The notes beneath the pieces were generated by a model. That model had not been told where the DNA came from, searched no databases, and was given only the letters and a program-made list of their open reading frames with translations. The position numbers were made by a program, and so were the translations under genes. From an uncultured Anaerolineales bacterium (GTDB taxonomy: Bacteria > Chloroflexota > Anaerolineae > B4-G1 > SLSP01), in the NCBI GenBank assembly GCA_964388385.1, contig CAYMAQ010000001.1, positions 20,607 through 84,606 on the forward strand: DNA of 64,000 bases. Reading direction: 5' to 3'. This document shows, one piece after another, positions 18,363 through 27,291 of this stretch (positions within the stretch are counted from its first letter, which is position 1; each line of letters opens with the position of its first letter).

Positions 18363-19241
18363 TCAATCCAAACACAGTGAGGCGACCCGTTTCGCAACCC
18401 GGCGCGCATTCTGTCGCAAGAGGCCCAGAAGCGCCGAACCTCGGACGGGTACGGCTAAAATCGCATCGAGCACGCTGACGGCATAGAGCAAATAGCTGCC
18501 ACCGGCAATGCTCTGTTCAAATCGCAACTGTTCTTGCCCAAGGATGCGAGCGACTTCCGCAGAAGATTTCCAGCCTTGAACGACCACCCGAGCCAATGCC
18601 TGCGCCTCCTCCGCGCTGAAACGGCCCGTCCACGTGAGCAGCGTGTCATTCCGGGCCAAGATGACCCCATCAGATCCGACCTCCCTAGCCAGAGCCTCCA
18701 TCAGCTTCTGGACCCGTTCGCGATTTGCATTGAATGCGTCGAGGGAGAATTGTGGTTTCGCCTGTGATTCTGGCTCATCGGTCAAATCTTGAACCACAGG
18801 AGTTATCGCTCTGGAAACAGAGACGCTTTCAACCGGACCAGAACCAGGTGCGATGGGTTCAACCAAATCGGGGGCATCAGCACCCAGCGGTGCAGAAAAT
18901 GCCTCTTCGATCCGCGCCGGAAGTTCCGGAAGGAAAAACGGTTTGGGAAGAATACCTTGTACCGAAAGCGCCGCGACATCCTTCGGAAGCGCCTCCCCAT
19001 CCAGCGGAATAATTATCAGCCGCATCGCCGCATCATAGGAACGGAGGGCCCGCCCAACCCTGACCACCTGGGACGTACCCAACCCCATATCGAGGAAAGT
19101 TATATCAGGACAGTTGGTCTCTGCAGCCGCAAGCGCTTTCTGCCCATCAGCTGCGATGTCACCGCTGTAACCAAGACGTTTCAACTCATCGGATAATAAT
19201 GTTGCAAACGAAACGTTTGGATCCACGACAAGAAAATGCAT
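18363..19241 (-). CDS. response-regulator receiver fused to Roadblock/LC7 (MglB-like) domain
   Basis: N-terminal FLVVDPN...DITFLDMGLG receiver-like segment, apparently partly degenerate. C-terminal GSDGVILARNDTLLTW...GGSYLLYAVSV is Roadblock-like. ATG 19241 with GAGGAG RBS, 19 bp upstream of the GT-C gene. Confidence 0.6.
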   Translation of the reverse strand: MHFLVVDPNVSFATLLSDELKRLGYSGDIAADGQKALAAAETNCPDITFLDMGLGTSQVVRVGRALRSYDAAMRLIIIPLDGEALPKDVAALSVQGILPKPFFLPELPARIEEAFSAPLGADAPDLVEPIAPGSGPVESVSVSRAITPVVQDLTDEPESQAKPQFSLDAFNANRERVQKLMEALAREVGSDGVILARNDTLLTWTGRFSAEEAQALARVVVQGWKSSAEVARILGQEQLRFEQSIAGGSYLLYAVSVLDAILAVPVRGSALLGLLRQNARRVAKRVASLCLD

Positions 19242-19419
19242 CTGATCTCCTCGGTAAAGCACATGGCAGCAAACCAAATCCAGCGCTCTGTTCCTGTATT
19301 GTACGGGTTGGTAAAAATTTGGCAATAGGCCGACACGCTACAATCCGGCTGATGTCCCCGCAATCGTCAGATGACGGCCAACTGGACAATCCTCGCCGAA
19401 TAGTGGTAGAATACGGCCT

Positions 19420-21531
19420 ATGAATACACTCAGACCTCAACGGAATCGAATCAATCGTCAGATCCTAACACTTAGCGCCGTCCTTGCAGCACTGCTTTTC
19501 GGTGCACTTACGCATCGTTGGCTCGTACGTGCTGATAACGTGGTGGTTTTGCCATCAGTGATCGAAGCCAATGGAAGTATGGGAACGTGCTACAGTTTTT
19601 ATAAGCTCGAGGACAGTCAGAAGCCTCTGTCGACGGAAGCCTATGCGGCCGGTTCCCGGTGGGACCGCTTTGATTTCCGATGGAACGTAATTGAACCCAC
19701 AAAGGGGCAATTCTCGTTCGGCCCTCACGAGGAATTGGTCGACCGGAACCGGAACAACGGCCTTGAAGTCGTCGCGATCCTTGGCTCGACGGCGGAGTGG
19801 GCCTCGGGAAATTGCTCAAGTCGCTTGCAACAGACCCGGACGGACACGCTGCCGCAGGGGCACCCTCCCCCGCCGCAAAGCCCAGATGACGACATCTGGT
19901 GGCGCCCCTGCCCCCCTATCAATCTCCATCTGCCCTGGAATCACCCTGAAAATTACTGGGGACGATACGTCTACCAAACAGTCGAGCATTTCAAGGACAA
20001 GATCAACGTCTGGGAGATCTGGAACGAACCTGACCTACAATCCTTCTGGGCCAGCTCACCTGCGGACTATGCCCGGCTGCTCCAGGTCGGATACCAGGCC
20101 GTAAAGGCCGCAGATCCTGAGGCAACCGTGCTCTTTGGGGGGCTAGCGTACTGGGCGGATCCAAACTTCTATAAGCAGACCCTCCGGGAAATCCAGACGC
20201 TGGAGGGCGCCGTGGAGAACAACAGCTACTTCGATGTGCTTTCGCTTCACGCATACAGCAATATCTACCTGCTGCGACCGGTCGTCTCCGAAATTCAGAC
20301 GGAGATGATGACAACCGTCGGTCCGCATCCTATTTGGCTCACCGAGACCGGCGTGCCCATATGGGGCGAAAGCCAGCAGCCCTATCCTTATTCAAACTCG
20401 GCCACCGCGGAAGAAGCCGCCGCCTACATCATCGAAGCATATGCAGAGGCTCGTGCTGCCGGCGTTGAAAAATTCTTCGTCTTCCGCACCCATGACGAAG
20501 CGATGGGGGAGGCCTTCGGCTTGATTCGCAACGACCGTAGCCTGCGACCGGGTTACGTGGCCTATCAGGTAGCAGCCCGCTACCTGCAGGGAGAGAATCA
20601 GATCACCGGACCGTTCTCCGATGGTACCGTACGCCGCATCACCTTTTGGGGCACGCCCCAAGGCCGGATCGACGTGCTCTGGAAGGAGACGGGCGGAGAT
20701 GCAGTTCAATATCCACACCCCGCCATTGTCCCAACCGCCACGCTTATTGATCATCGCGGGCAAAGTCGGGCCCTAAATCCAACAGAAAGGACGTATACAG
20801 TGCCACTCCAACCGGCAACGGCGAATACCGGTGCCGGGGGCGCAACTATCATCGGCGGTCCGCCGGTCCTGCTGATCCAATCCGATCCGGAGCCCCCCTC
20901 CTCAGCGCTCCAACCGCTTTCTGCTGCAGTCTATACCACGGCCCTAACCCTTACGTGGAAGGTAACCGATACGGTCTCCGGCTATTGGTATGCGCAGGTC
21001 GAACAGGCACCCACATCCAATGGTCCGTGGACTTTGATCGCCGACTGGAGTGACACCAGGGGTGTAACGCACACCATCGTGAGGATCCCCTTGCATCAAC
21101 AGACATATTTCCGTGCTCGGGCCCGGAATAATGTCGGCAATTGGGAGCCGTGGCCCGCGACCGCCGAGACATGGACCACGGCCTATCTGACTCGCACGGT
21201 CAGTCTTTCACTCACAACCTATCTCGATGAAAACAGCAACAATGTATGGGATCCAGAGGAGACGCGCCCCCTCACCCCACCCGTTTTAAATTGGCGTTCT
21301 CGGGGTAGCACGGTCATCTCAGAGACCTTCGGAGTCTCGTGGCGGATCACCCAGACGGTGAGAACCGGTCCGCACATTTTGGAGGCGCAACTGCCACAGT
21401 ATCTCTACAGTCAAACTCCCTTCTTCGTCGCAGAACAACCGCTTACTCAGTCTTTTACAATGACGGTAGGACTGAAGCCCATTGGGGCGCGAAGCTATCT
21501 GCCCGTCGTCACCCGCAACGCAAACCCTTAG
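19420..21531 (+). CDS. secreted/anchored clan GH-A glycoside hydrolase (GH5/GH39-like) with Fn3 domain
   Basis: N-terminal signal anchor. WEIWNEPD (acid/base) and WLTETG (nucleophile) motifs, followed by an Fn3-like segment. The ATG sits right after a TGgTAGAAT promoter, so it looks leaderless. Confidence 0.7.
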   Translation: MNTLRPQRNRINRQILTLSAVLAALLFGALTHRWLVRADNVVVLPSVIEANGSMGTCYSFYKLEDSQKPLSTEAYAAGSRWDRFDFRWNVIEPTKGQFSFGPHEELVDRNRNNGLEVVAILGSTAEWASGNCSSRLQQTRTDTLPQGHPPPPQSPDDDIWWRPCPPINLHLPWNHPENYWGRYVYQTVEHFKDKINVWEIWNEPDLQSFWASSPADYARLLQVGYQAVKAADPEATVLFGGLAYWADPNFYKQTLREIQTLEGAVENNSYFDVLSLHAYSNIYLLRPVVSEIQTEMMTTVGPHPIWLTETGVPIWGESQQPYPYSNSATAEEAAAYIIEAYAEARAAGVEKFFVFRTHDEAMGEAFGLIRNDRSLRPGYVAYQVAARYLQGENQITGPFSDGTVRRITFWGTPQGRIDVLWKETGGDAVQYPHPAIVPTATLIDHRGQSRALNPTERTYTVPLQPATANTGAGGATIIGGPPVLLIQSDPEPPSSALQPLSAAVYTTALTLTWKVTDTVSGYWYAQVEQAPTSNGPWTLIADWSDTRGVTHTIVRIPLHQQTYFRARARNNVGNWEPWPATAETWTTAYLTRTVSLSLTTYLDENSNNVWDPEETRPLTPPVLNWRSRGSTVISETFGVSWRITQTVRTGPHILEAQLPQYLYSQTPFFVAEQPLTQSFTMTVGLKPIGARSYLPVVTRNANP

Positions 21532-21534
21532 GCC

Positions 21535-22851
21535 ATGGCACGGCGTGTGCTCGTCGGGTTAGTCGTGTGTCTTTTGCTGATAACGGGCCTATCGGGGGAT
21601 AGCGTGCTTACCCCACACCTCGACTGGATCGGGGAGGCAGCCACCCAAATCCGTGAGGGACGCTACACATCGGCAGAGACTGTCTACAAGCGTGCTATGG
21701 AACGAACACCTGAGGACGCCGGGCCTGCGTTGTATCTCGCTAGGCTCTATGCCGAATGGGGACAGCCCCAGCGTGGCTTGATAGCGGTGGACGAGGCCGT
21801 AGATCGTGGCGCCCAAGAGGATCTTGTAAGACCGCTCCGTTTTGATCTTTTGGCCCAGACCGAGCGCTGGACACAACTACGTTTCGAAGCTCGCCAACAG
21901 CTCTCACACGTGCCGACCGACCCAAAGGCCTGGCAAGCTCTGACAATAGCAGCGCTGCACCAAGGAGATTGTGCCGCAGCCACCGAGTCCGTGATCGGCT
22001 GGATCAACACAGAGTCATCTCGACCAGCGGAGGCGCTGTATTTTCTGGCGGTACTCTCGGCAGATCCAGACCGACTCGCCAGATTTGCACCCGAACTCCA
22101 CCAAAGGGCCTTTGTGTGTGGTGAGGTTTCACCCAGCTGTATAGGACACGCCCTCGTGCGCCAAGGATTCTGGGCGCACGCCATCTGCCCACTGCGTCAA
22201 GCCATTCGCCTGGACCCCCAGGACTCCGGAAGCCACGCATGGCTCGGTGAGGCGCTGACCCGCAACGATCTCCACGCGGAGGCCGAATCCCACTTACTTG
22301 AGGCCGTCCGCTTGGCGCCCAACGACCCACTCCCCTGGCTGCTCCTGGGAAAGCACTACCTCAATCTTGGCGAGACGAGCGCCGCGCGCAGGTCCCTTCT
22401 CAACGCACAGGCACTCGACCCGGCTAACCCGGCCCCCTGTCTGGCGATCGCGGAACTCAAAGCGCAGGCGAGTGCTTACGAAGAGATACAGACCTGGGCC
22501 GACGCAGCCCTGGAGCGAGCGCCCGACGACGCCGAGGTCTGGAAAGCTGTCGCCAGGCTCTACCTGGAGCGAAACCTAATCACGGACCGTTACCCCCTTT
22601 GGGCTGCAGAGGGTGCCGTCCGAATGGAGCCCGAAGATGGAGAGGCTCATATGCTGTTAGGGTGGGCCCATCTTCAATCAGAACGAACACAGGACGCGTT
22701 ACTGACACTCAAAAAGTCGACGGAGCTCGCGCCATACTCCGGTGAAGCTCATTTTTGGCTCGCACAGGCGCTGGAGGCTTCCGGTAGCGCCGAACAAGCC
22801 GAACAGGCACTGACACGAGCCGCCAATCTCGGTTATATCTCAGGCCGTTAA
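21535..22851 (+). CDS. secreted TPR-repeat protein
   Basis: Signal peptide followed by multiple 34-aa TPR-like repeats. Lies 4 nt after the GH gene. Confidence 0.7.
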   Translation: MARRVLVGLVVCLLLITGLSGDSVLTPHLDWIGEAATQIREGRYTSAETVYKRAMERTPEDAGPALYLARLYAEWGQPQRGLIAVDEAVDRGAQEDLVRPLRFDLLAQTERWTQLRFEARQQLSHVPTDPKAWQALTIAALHQGDCAAATESVIGWINTESSRPAEALYFLAVLSADPDRLARFAPELHQRAFVCGEVSPSCIGHALVRQGFWAHAICPLRQAIRLDPQDSGSHAWLGEALTRNDLHAEAESHLLEAVRLAPNDPLPWLLLGKHYLNLGETSAARRSLLNAQALDPANPAPCLAIAELKAQASAYEEIQTWADAALERAPDDAEVWKAVARLYLERNLITDRYPLWAAEGAVRMEPEDGEAHMLLGWAHLQSERTQDALLTLKKSTELAPYSGEAHFWLAQALEASGSAEQAEQALTRAANLGYISGR

Positions 22852-22855
22852 CCCA

Positions 22856-23938
22856 TCATCGTAGCGGTATGCTATTCGGCGGGATGCGTTCCGCGCGATA
22901 TGTTCCCCAGCCGCTGGGCAGCAACTCAACGTCCCATACGATCTCGCCCTCTGATGTGACCTCCACGTAGCGTGTTGTATCCCCTTCCGTCCGGGTGCCG
23001 AATGCAATCAGGGTATTGCCGTTGGATAGACGGTCTGCATCGCCCCAGATAGGACAGAAGAGATCCGGAGTATGGCGGTAGCTCCAGACAGCCTCAGCCG
23101 TCATCGCATCTTCATCGATCCGCAGCTCCAAAGCCCGTGTAAACTCGCCACCTTGGGATTCTGGGCGGTGCGTCCCGTTATCATAAAGAAGAATATTGCC
23201 GTTGGGTTGGAGTTCGGGTGAGTGCTGGTGATAGAAAAGATCCAACGGGTCCATATCAAAGTCGCCACCGACGCCCAGTCGCCACAGGATCTCCCCGGTC
23301 TGCCGACTGATTTTAAGAAGCTGATTCATATTCCGGCAGGAGATAATGAGCGCCCTATCCTTCAGATCCGGTTCGATCGTGTTCGTATGGCTGTAGTCAC
23401 GCCGATCCATCTCAGGCTGGTGATGATCAAAGAGATGCCAATTCCAGACCATCGTATGGGTCCTCGGATCCCACTCGACGATCTGATCGCCAACCAGGGT
23501 TTCGCCGCCGTAGGTCTCGAATCTGCGCGGGTCATCAAGTAGAAACATAAAGGTTCCATCCGGTGTCAGGTGAATGTGATGATGGTTAATCATAGGGCTC
23601 TCCCATAACAAATCCCCCTTCCAACTGACCAAGGCCGGATGCACACGAGCAATGCCCTCGTGAATGTTCGTCCCGCCGATAAGCACACCTCTCTTCGTAG
23701 TTCGGCTGTCGACGTCGCCGCGGAGGTCCGGGGCGTTTGCGGTCTGTCCCCACCAGAGCCTATCGTCAGACCGCTTATGTGACCAGACGATCTCACCCTG
23801 CGGATTCAGAATCGCCACCATGATGGGTGCACCCAGATTATGATTGGAAAAATTGACCAGGGTGAGGCCGGGCTGCATTTTTTCCTCGCGACAGACGTGC
23901 ACCTCGATCTCGGGCCAAAGGGCTTTATCACCCACCAT
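22856..23938 (-). CDS. arylsulfotransferase (ASST)-like beta-propeller protein, no signal peptide
   Basis: ASST/PQQ-propeller-like repeats (HHxHL, NGNxLxxDNG). ATG 23938 with AAAGGAG RBS. Confidence 0.55.
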   Translation of the reverse strand: MVGDKALWPEIEVHVCREEKMQPGLTLVNFSNHNLGAPIMVAILNPQGEIVWSHKRSDDRLWWGQTANAPDLRGDVDSRTTKRGVLIGGTNIHEGIARVHPALVSWKGDLLWESPMINHHHIHLTPDGTFMFLLDDPRRFETYGGETLVGDQIVEWDPRTHTMVWNWHLFDHHQPEMDRRDYSHTNTIEPDLKDRALIISCRNMNQLLKISRQTGEILWRLGVGGDFDMDPLDLFYHQHSPELQPNGNILLYDNGTHRPESQGGEFTRALELRIDEDAMTAEAVWSYRHTPDLFCPIWGDADRLSNGNTLIAFGTRTEGDTTRYVEVTSEGEIVWDVELLPSGWGTYRAERIPPNSIPLR

Positions 23939-23984
23939 ACCCATCTCCTTTCGCTGAATCCCCACGACGAGACATCCTACCCGG

Positions 23985-24012
23985 ATGATAGATCAGGACG
24001 TTCACAGGTCAA
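23985..24012 (-). promoter_or_regulatory. sigma70-like promoter for ASST-like gene (TTGACC-16-TATCAT)
   Basis: Minus strand reads cTTGACCtgtgaacgtcctgatcTATCATcc. Confidence 0.35.
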
Positions 24013-24141
24013 GCCACGGGCCAGAACGCGCGCGTTGTAACGTCATTTTCCGACTGTATGCACTATACCTACGGAGCCGGGCGGCGAGGCGCAAGCGGCA
24101 TTAAGAGGGTCCCAAGCCGATACGATACCTATAGCATCCGA

Positions 24142-27100
24142 TCAGGGGACCGTAATCTCACCGAGCAAGACAGCGTCGGTGCCGTCGGCGAGACGGAGAC
24201 GTTCTCCGCTCTCGTCATACATCCCAACGCGAAAATGATAAGTTCCATCCTTGACACCCTCGGGCACAATGAGTGTGCGGGTTTCGATAATCACCTCACC
24301 CACGGCCCAACCGGGCGTAGGGCGCGTCCAATCGACCGGTTCTCCGTCACTCTGAGCTACAAGATGCCCCCCGTCGTCAACGAGATGGACAAAAACGCGA
24401 TACGGGATCGCGATCTCATCAAGCGCCTGCCAAGCGAGTTCAACCTCCAACGACGAGCCAGGAGTCACCGACTGCTGTGGAATTGAGTAGCCAGCCAGGC
24501 GGATGACAGAACCAAACACCCGATCTGCACTCGTCAAGGTCTCAGGAACCGTCCAGATTCGCTCCGGCGCCTGGACGTCAAGAGGGATCTCGGCCAACGG
24601 GTCGCAGGAGGGGAGCTGAACTTTGATCGCGTACTGCCCACTCTCCAGAGAACCGGGCAACCGCAGGGCAGGACATCCTATCCACCGGTCACCGCGGCGC
24701 CATTGGTCCGTCGGCCACTGTGCAGCAGATGGAGGTATCTCCCAACTCTGCATAATCGTGCCCTGATCATTCTCAAGAATGACGTTTACCCATTTCGCAT
24801 GAGTGGGTTGACGGCGCGCTTCCCACACCCAGCGCAGATGCAGCGATTCTCCCGGCGCTAACGAAGCGCGGTCGGGTTCCACCTGCCACAGGCCCAGGGC
24901 ACCACAAGCCCGAAGTTCTGCCTGGGGAGTGACCCCCAGATCATGCAAAGTCGGAGGCGTATCAGGCGGGGCCAGCTGAATCGGTGCCAAAGAGAGCGCC
25001 GGCCCGACAGGATTGCCGTCGATGCCGATGACCGAGGCCGGCTCCAACGTCTTGCGGTCGAACAAGGACAATGTCGGTGTATAGATCCCCGGAGGGATTC
25101 CAGCAGGAAGACCCACCAGCTTATCCATCCGCGCATAGCTGTTCGCAGGCCAGGCTTGAACAGGAGGTGGGGTGCGCCCCCATCGAGCGGGGCGCATCAA
25201 TGTCGGCCATGCATCGCCATCGGAGTCCTCCAGGGAAAGACCGGTGTGCCAGTCTCCATCCCCTGGATTGAGCGCGCTCCAGAACATCGTGAATTCCTGG
25301 GTGGTCCCAGAGGGCACCATACCCGTCAGCCCCTCCGCACCTATCAACATAGCGCGGTCCCCAAAATTGATCTGCATCGGCGTCTCCACGCCGCGAAGGC
25401 TACCATCCTCCTGCAGCCTGGTAGCACGCCAGAGCCACGGTTGTCGATCGACAACACCCACCTTCAGTAAGATCAAAGCCAGACCCACGACAGAAGTCGC
25501 AACCACCGCATGGCGTGGTGGTCCTCGCCAACCCGTGAAGGTCCCGCCCCTGGGAAGACCGAGGGTCAGACCGACGAGGCCTGCGAGACTGATCGCGGAG
25601 ATCGCGTCTGCAGCCAATCGCAGCGGCGTCTCGCCAAAGGCTATCTCAATCTCATGCGTGCCGGCCGGCACACGAAAGGTGAGTAACCCTGAACCCGACG
25701 CCGGGACCACCGGCACCCGCACACCGTCAATGAAGGCCTTCCAGCCCGGATAGTAGAGTGCAAGATAGCGAGCTGTAAATGATTCCGGGGAAGACAACCG
25801 GATCCTTGCCCGGAGAGCGTCATAGCGGGACGCGTGAATGACAGCGCCCTCAGGAAGAGCGGTGGAGGGCAACCGCACGACGGGACCGCTGGTCTCGTAA
25901 TCATCGAGGAGCGATGGGGCCTCTACAAGGCGCTCCGCCCAGATGGGCAAATATTCACCCTTGGCCGTTGTTCCAAGCGTATCTGTCGTATGCTCCCACC
26001 GGATCATCGAATCGACCGAGATTTCAGAAGGGGGCGAACAATGGTCAGGGAAAAACCAACCGAGATTGGCAAAAATGAGTACCACTATCCCGAGTACGGG
26101 CAATAAATCCGCGCTGACGTCGTACTTTTCTCGAAGCCACGTAGAACCCGCAGCGGTTCCGGCTCCGATCAAGAGTGAAAGGGAAAACGCAGCAGGGCCG
26201 AGATAACGCCAGGGGAATTGAACGTATGATAACAACAGCACCCGATCCCAAAGAAACTGGGAAGGCGCGAGGGTCAGTGCAGAAAAAAACAGAGCCAGAA
26301 AAACCAAGCTGCCGACGAATCCGCGCTCAGGCTTCTCAAGCTTGTGCCAGAAAACGATGGGGACCAATCCCAGGATTGCAGGCACCAAACCCAAGCTTTT
26401 TTGTGGCCAATCGTTGACAAGGTTAGGATCGGCGCGTCGGGGCAGCGCGAGCAGATGATCGAGGGGCAGGAAATTGTATCGATAGTCGAAGACCCATGTT
26501 CCCAGCAGTCGCCCCGTCTGGACATACGCCCGTTCGACCATGGGTGGCAGCCAAAAAAAGGCCGTGATCCCCAATCCTAACAAGCCGAACAACGCACCGC
26601 GCCCCACAGCATCCGGTTCTCGCATCTGTATGGCCAAAAGTACAACCCAAAGGATCAGCAACGGCGCAAAGAGAAAGGCGAAGAGGTGATGGCTCATCAC
26701 CATCGCCGCAAACGCGGCGGTACCGATCCATAGAGCGCGGCGATCTTTCAACCGAACCCAGCGATGGAGCCCCCAGAGCACCAGCGGGGGCCACGCCCAT
26801 GCAAAGGCTTCCCACAAGCTGCCTCGATTGAAGATGTCGTAGGCCTGAAACGGTGCGTAGACATAGGCAATCCCCGCAACCCAACCCGCCTCGCGACCAA
26901 AGAGTTCGCGGGCCAGCTTGACCATCGTAAGTCCACCGAGGACGACGCCGAGTGCGAAAACAGCATTCATCGAAACCGTCCACGCTGCCCCCATCTGATG
27001 CAGCAACGCAACCAACGAGGGCGGAAACGGCGAAGTAAAGAGATAAAGGGGAAAGCCCAGGCCGTGTGCCATCGCAGGCGCCCAACGTGAGTAGAGAACC

Positions 27101-27291
27101 CCCTGCTCCCACAGCGATGCGATCTGCACCGCACGCCAGAGATGAAAGATGTGATCGTATCCACATGCCAACGTGTCAACCAGCAAGGGCTGTAGAGCCG
27201 GAATGCTGAAAAGCAAGGGGACAACGAGGTCGAGGGCGCGATCCACGACCCGCATAACCCGAGGTGAGTTGGCGCGTCGAGACGTTATCAT
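24142..27291 (-). CDS. giant (1049 aa) GT-C-like polytopic membrane protein (YfhO/PTPS-related-like) with three tandem C-terminal beta-rich modules
   Basis: N-terminal region has about 12 TM helices with CGYDHIFHLWR. Then a periplasmic domain with YYPGWKAFIDG, one TM helix, and three ~120-aa repeats. ATG lies immediately after the upstream gene's TAA. Confidence 0.7.
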   Translation of the reverse strand: MITSRRANSPRVMRVVDRALDLVVPLLFSIPALQPLLVDTLACGYDHIFHLWRAVQIASLWEQGVLYSRWAPAMAHGLGFPLYLFTSPFPPSLVALLHQMGAAWTVSMNAVFALGVVLGGLTMVKLARELFGREAGWVAGIAYVYAPFQAYDIFNRGSLWEAFAWAWPPLVLWGLHRWVRLKDRRALWIGTAAFAAMVMSHHLFAFLFAPLLILWVVLLAIQMREPDAVGRGALFGLLGLGITAFFWLPPMVERAYVQTGRLLGTWVFDYRYNFLPLDHLLALPRRADPNLVNDWPQKSLGLVPAILGLVPIVFWHKLEKPERGFVGSLVFLALFFSALTLAPSQFLWDRVLLLSYVQFPWRYLGPAAFSLSLLIGAGTAAGSTWLREKYDVSADLLPVLGIVVLIFANLGWFFPDHCSPPSEISVDSMIRWEHTTDTLGTTAKGEYLPIWAERLVEAPSLLDDYETSGPVVRLPSTALPEGAVIHASRYDALRARIRLSSPESFTARYLALYYPGWKAFIDGVRVPVVPASGSGLLTFRVPAGTHEIEIAFGETPLRLAADAISAISLAGLVGLTLGLPRGGTFTGWRGPPRHAVVATSVVGLALILLKVGVVDRQPWLWRATRLQEDGSLRGVETPMQINFGDRAMLIGAEGLTGMVPSGTTQEFTMFWSALNPGDGDWHTGLSLEDSDGDAWPTLMRPARWGRTPPPVQAWPANSYARMDKLVGLPAGIPPGIYTPTLSLFDRKTLEPASVIGIDGNPVGPALSLAPIQLAPPDTPPTLHDLGVTPQAELRACGALGLWQVEPDRASLAPGESLHLRWVWEARRQPTHAKWVNVILENDQGTIMQSWEIPPSAAQWPTDQWRRGDRWIGCPALRLPGSLESGQYAIKVQLPSCDPLAEIPLDVQAPERIWTVPETLTSADRVFGSVIRLAGYSIPQQSVTPGSSLEVELAWQALDEIAIPYRVFVHLVDDGGHLVAQSDGEPVDWTRPTPGWAVGEVIIETRTLIVPEGVKDGTYHFRVGMYDESGERLRLADGTDAVLLGEITVP

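Noticed and set aside
23939-24141. Possible terminator hairpin GGTCCC...GGGACC after the 1049-aa gene
   Set aside because: The stem is only 6 bp with a 32-nt loop and no U tract. The region is better explained as the ASST-like gene promoter.
24943-25753. Plus-strand ORFs (175 and 193 aa, Arg/Pro-rich) inside the 1049-aa membrane-protein gene
   Set aside because: Their composition is typical of a GC-rich antisense frame. The opposite-strand gene has coherent TM and repeat architecture and a tandem paralogue.
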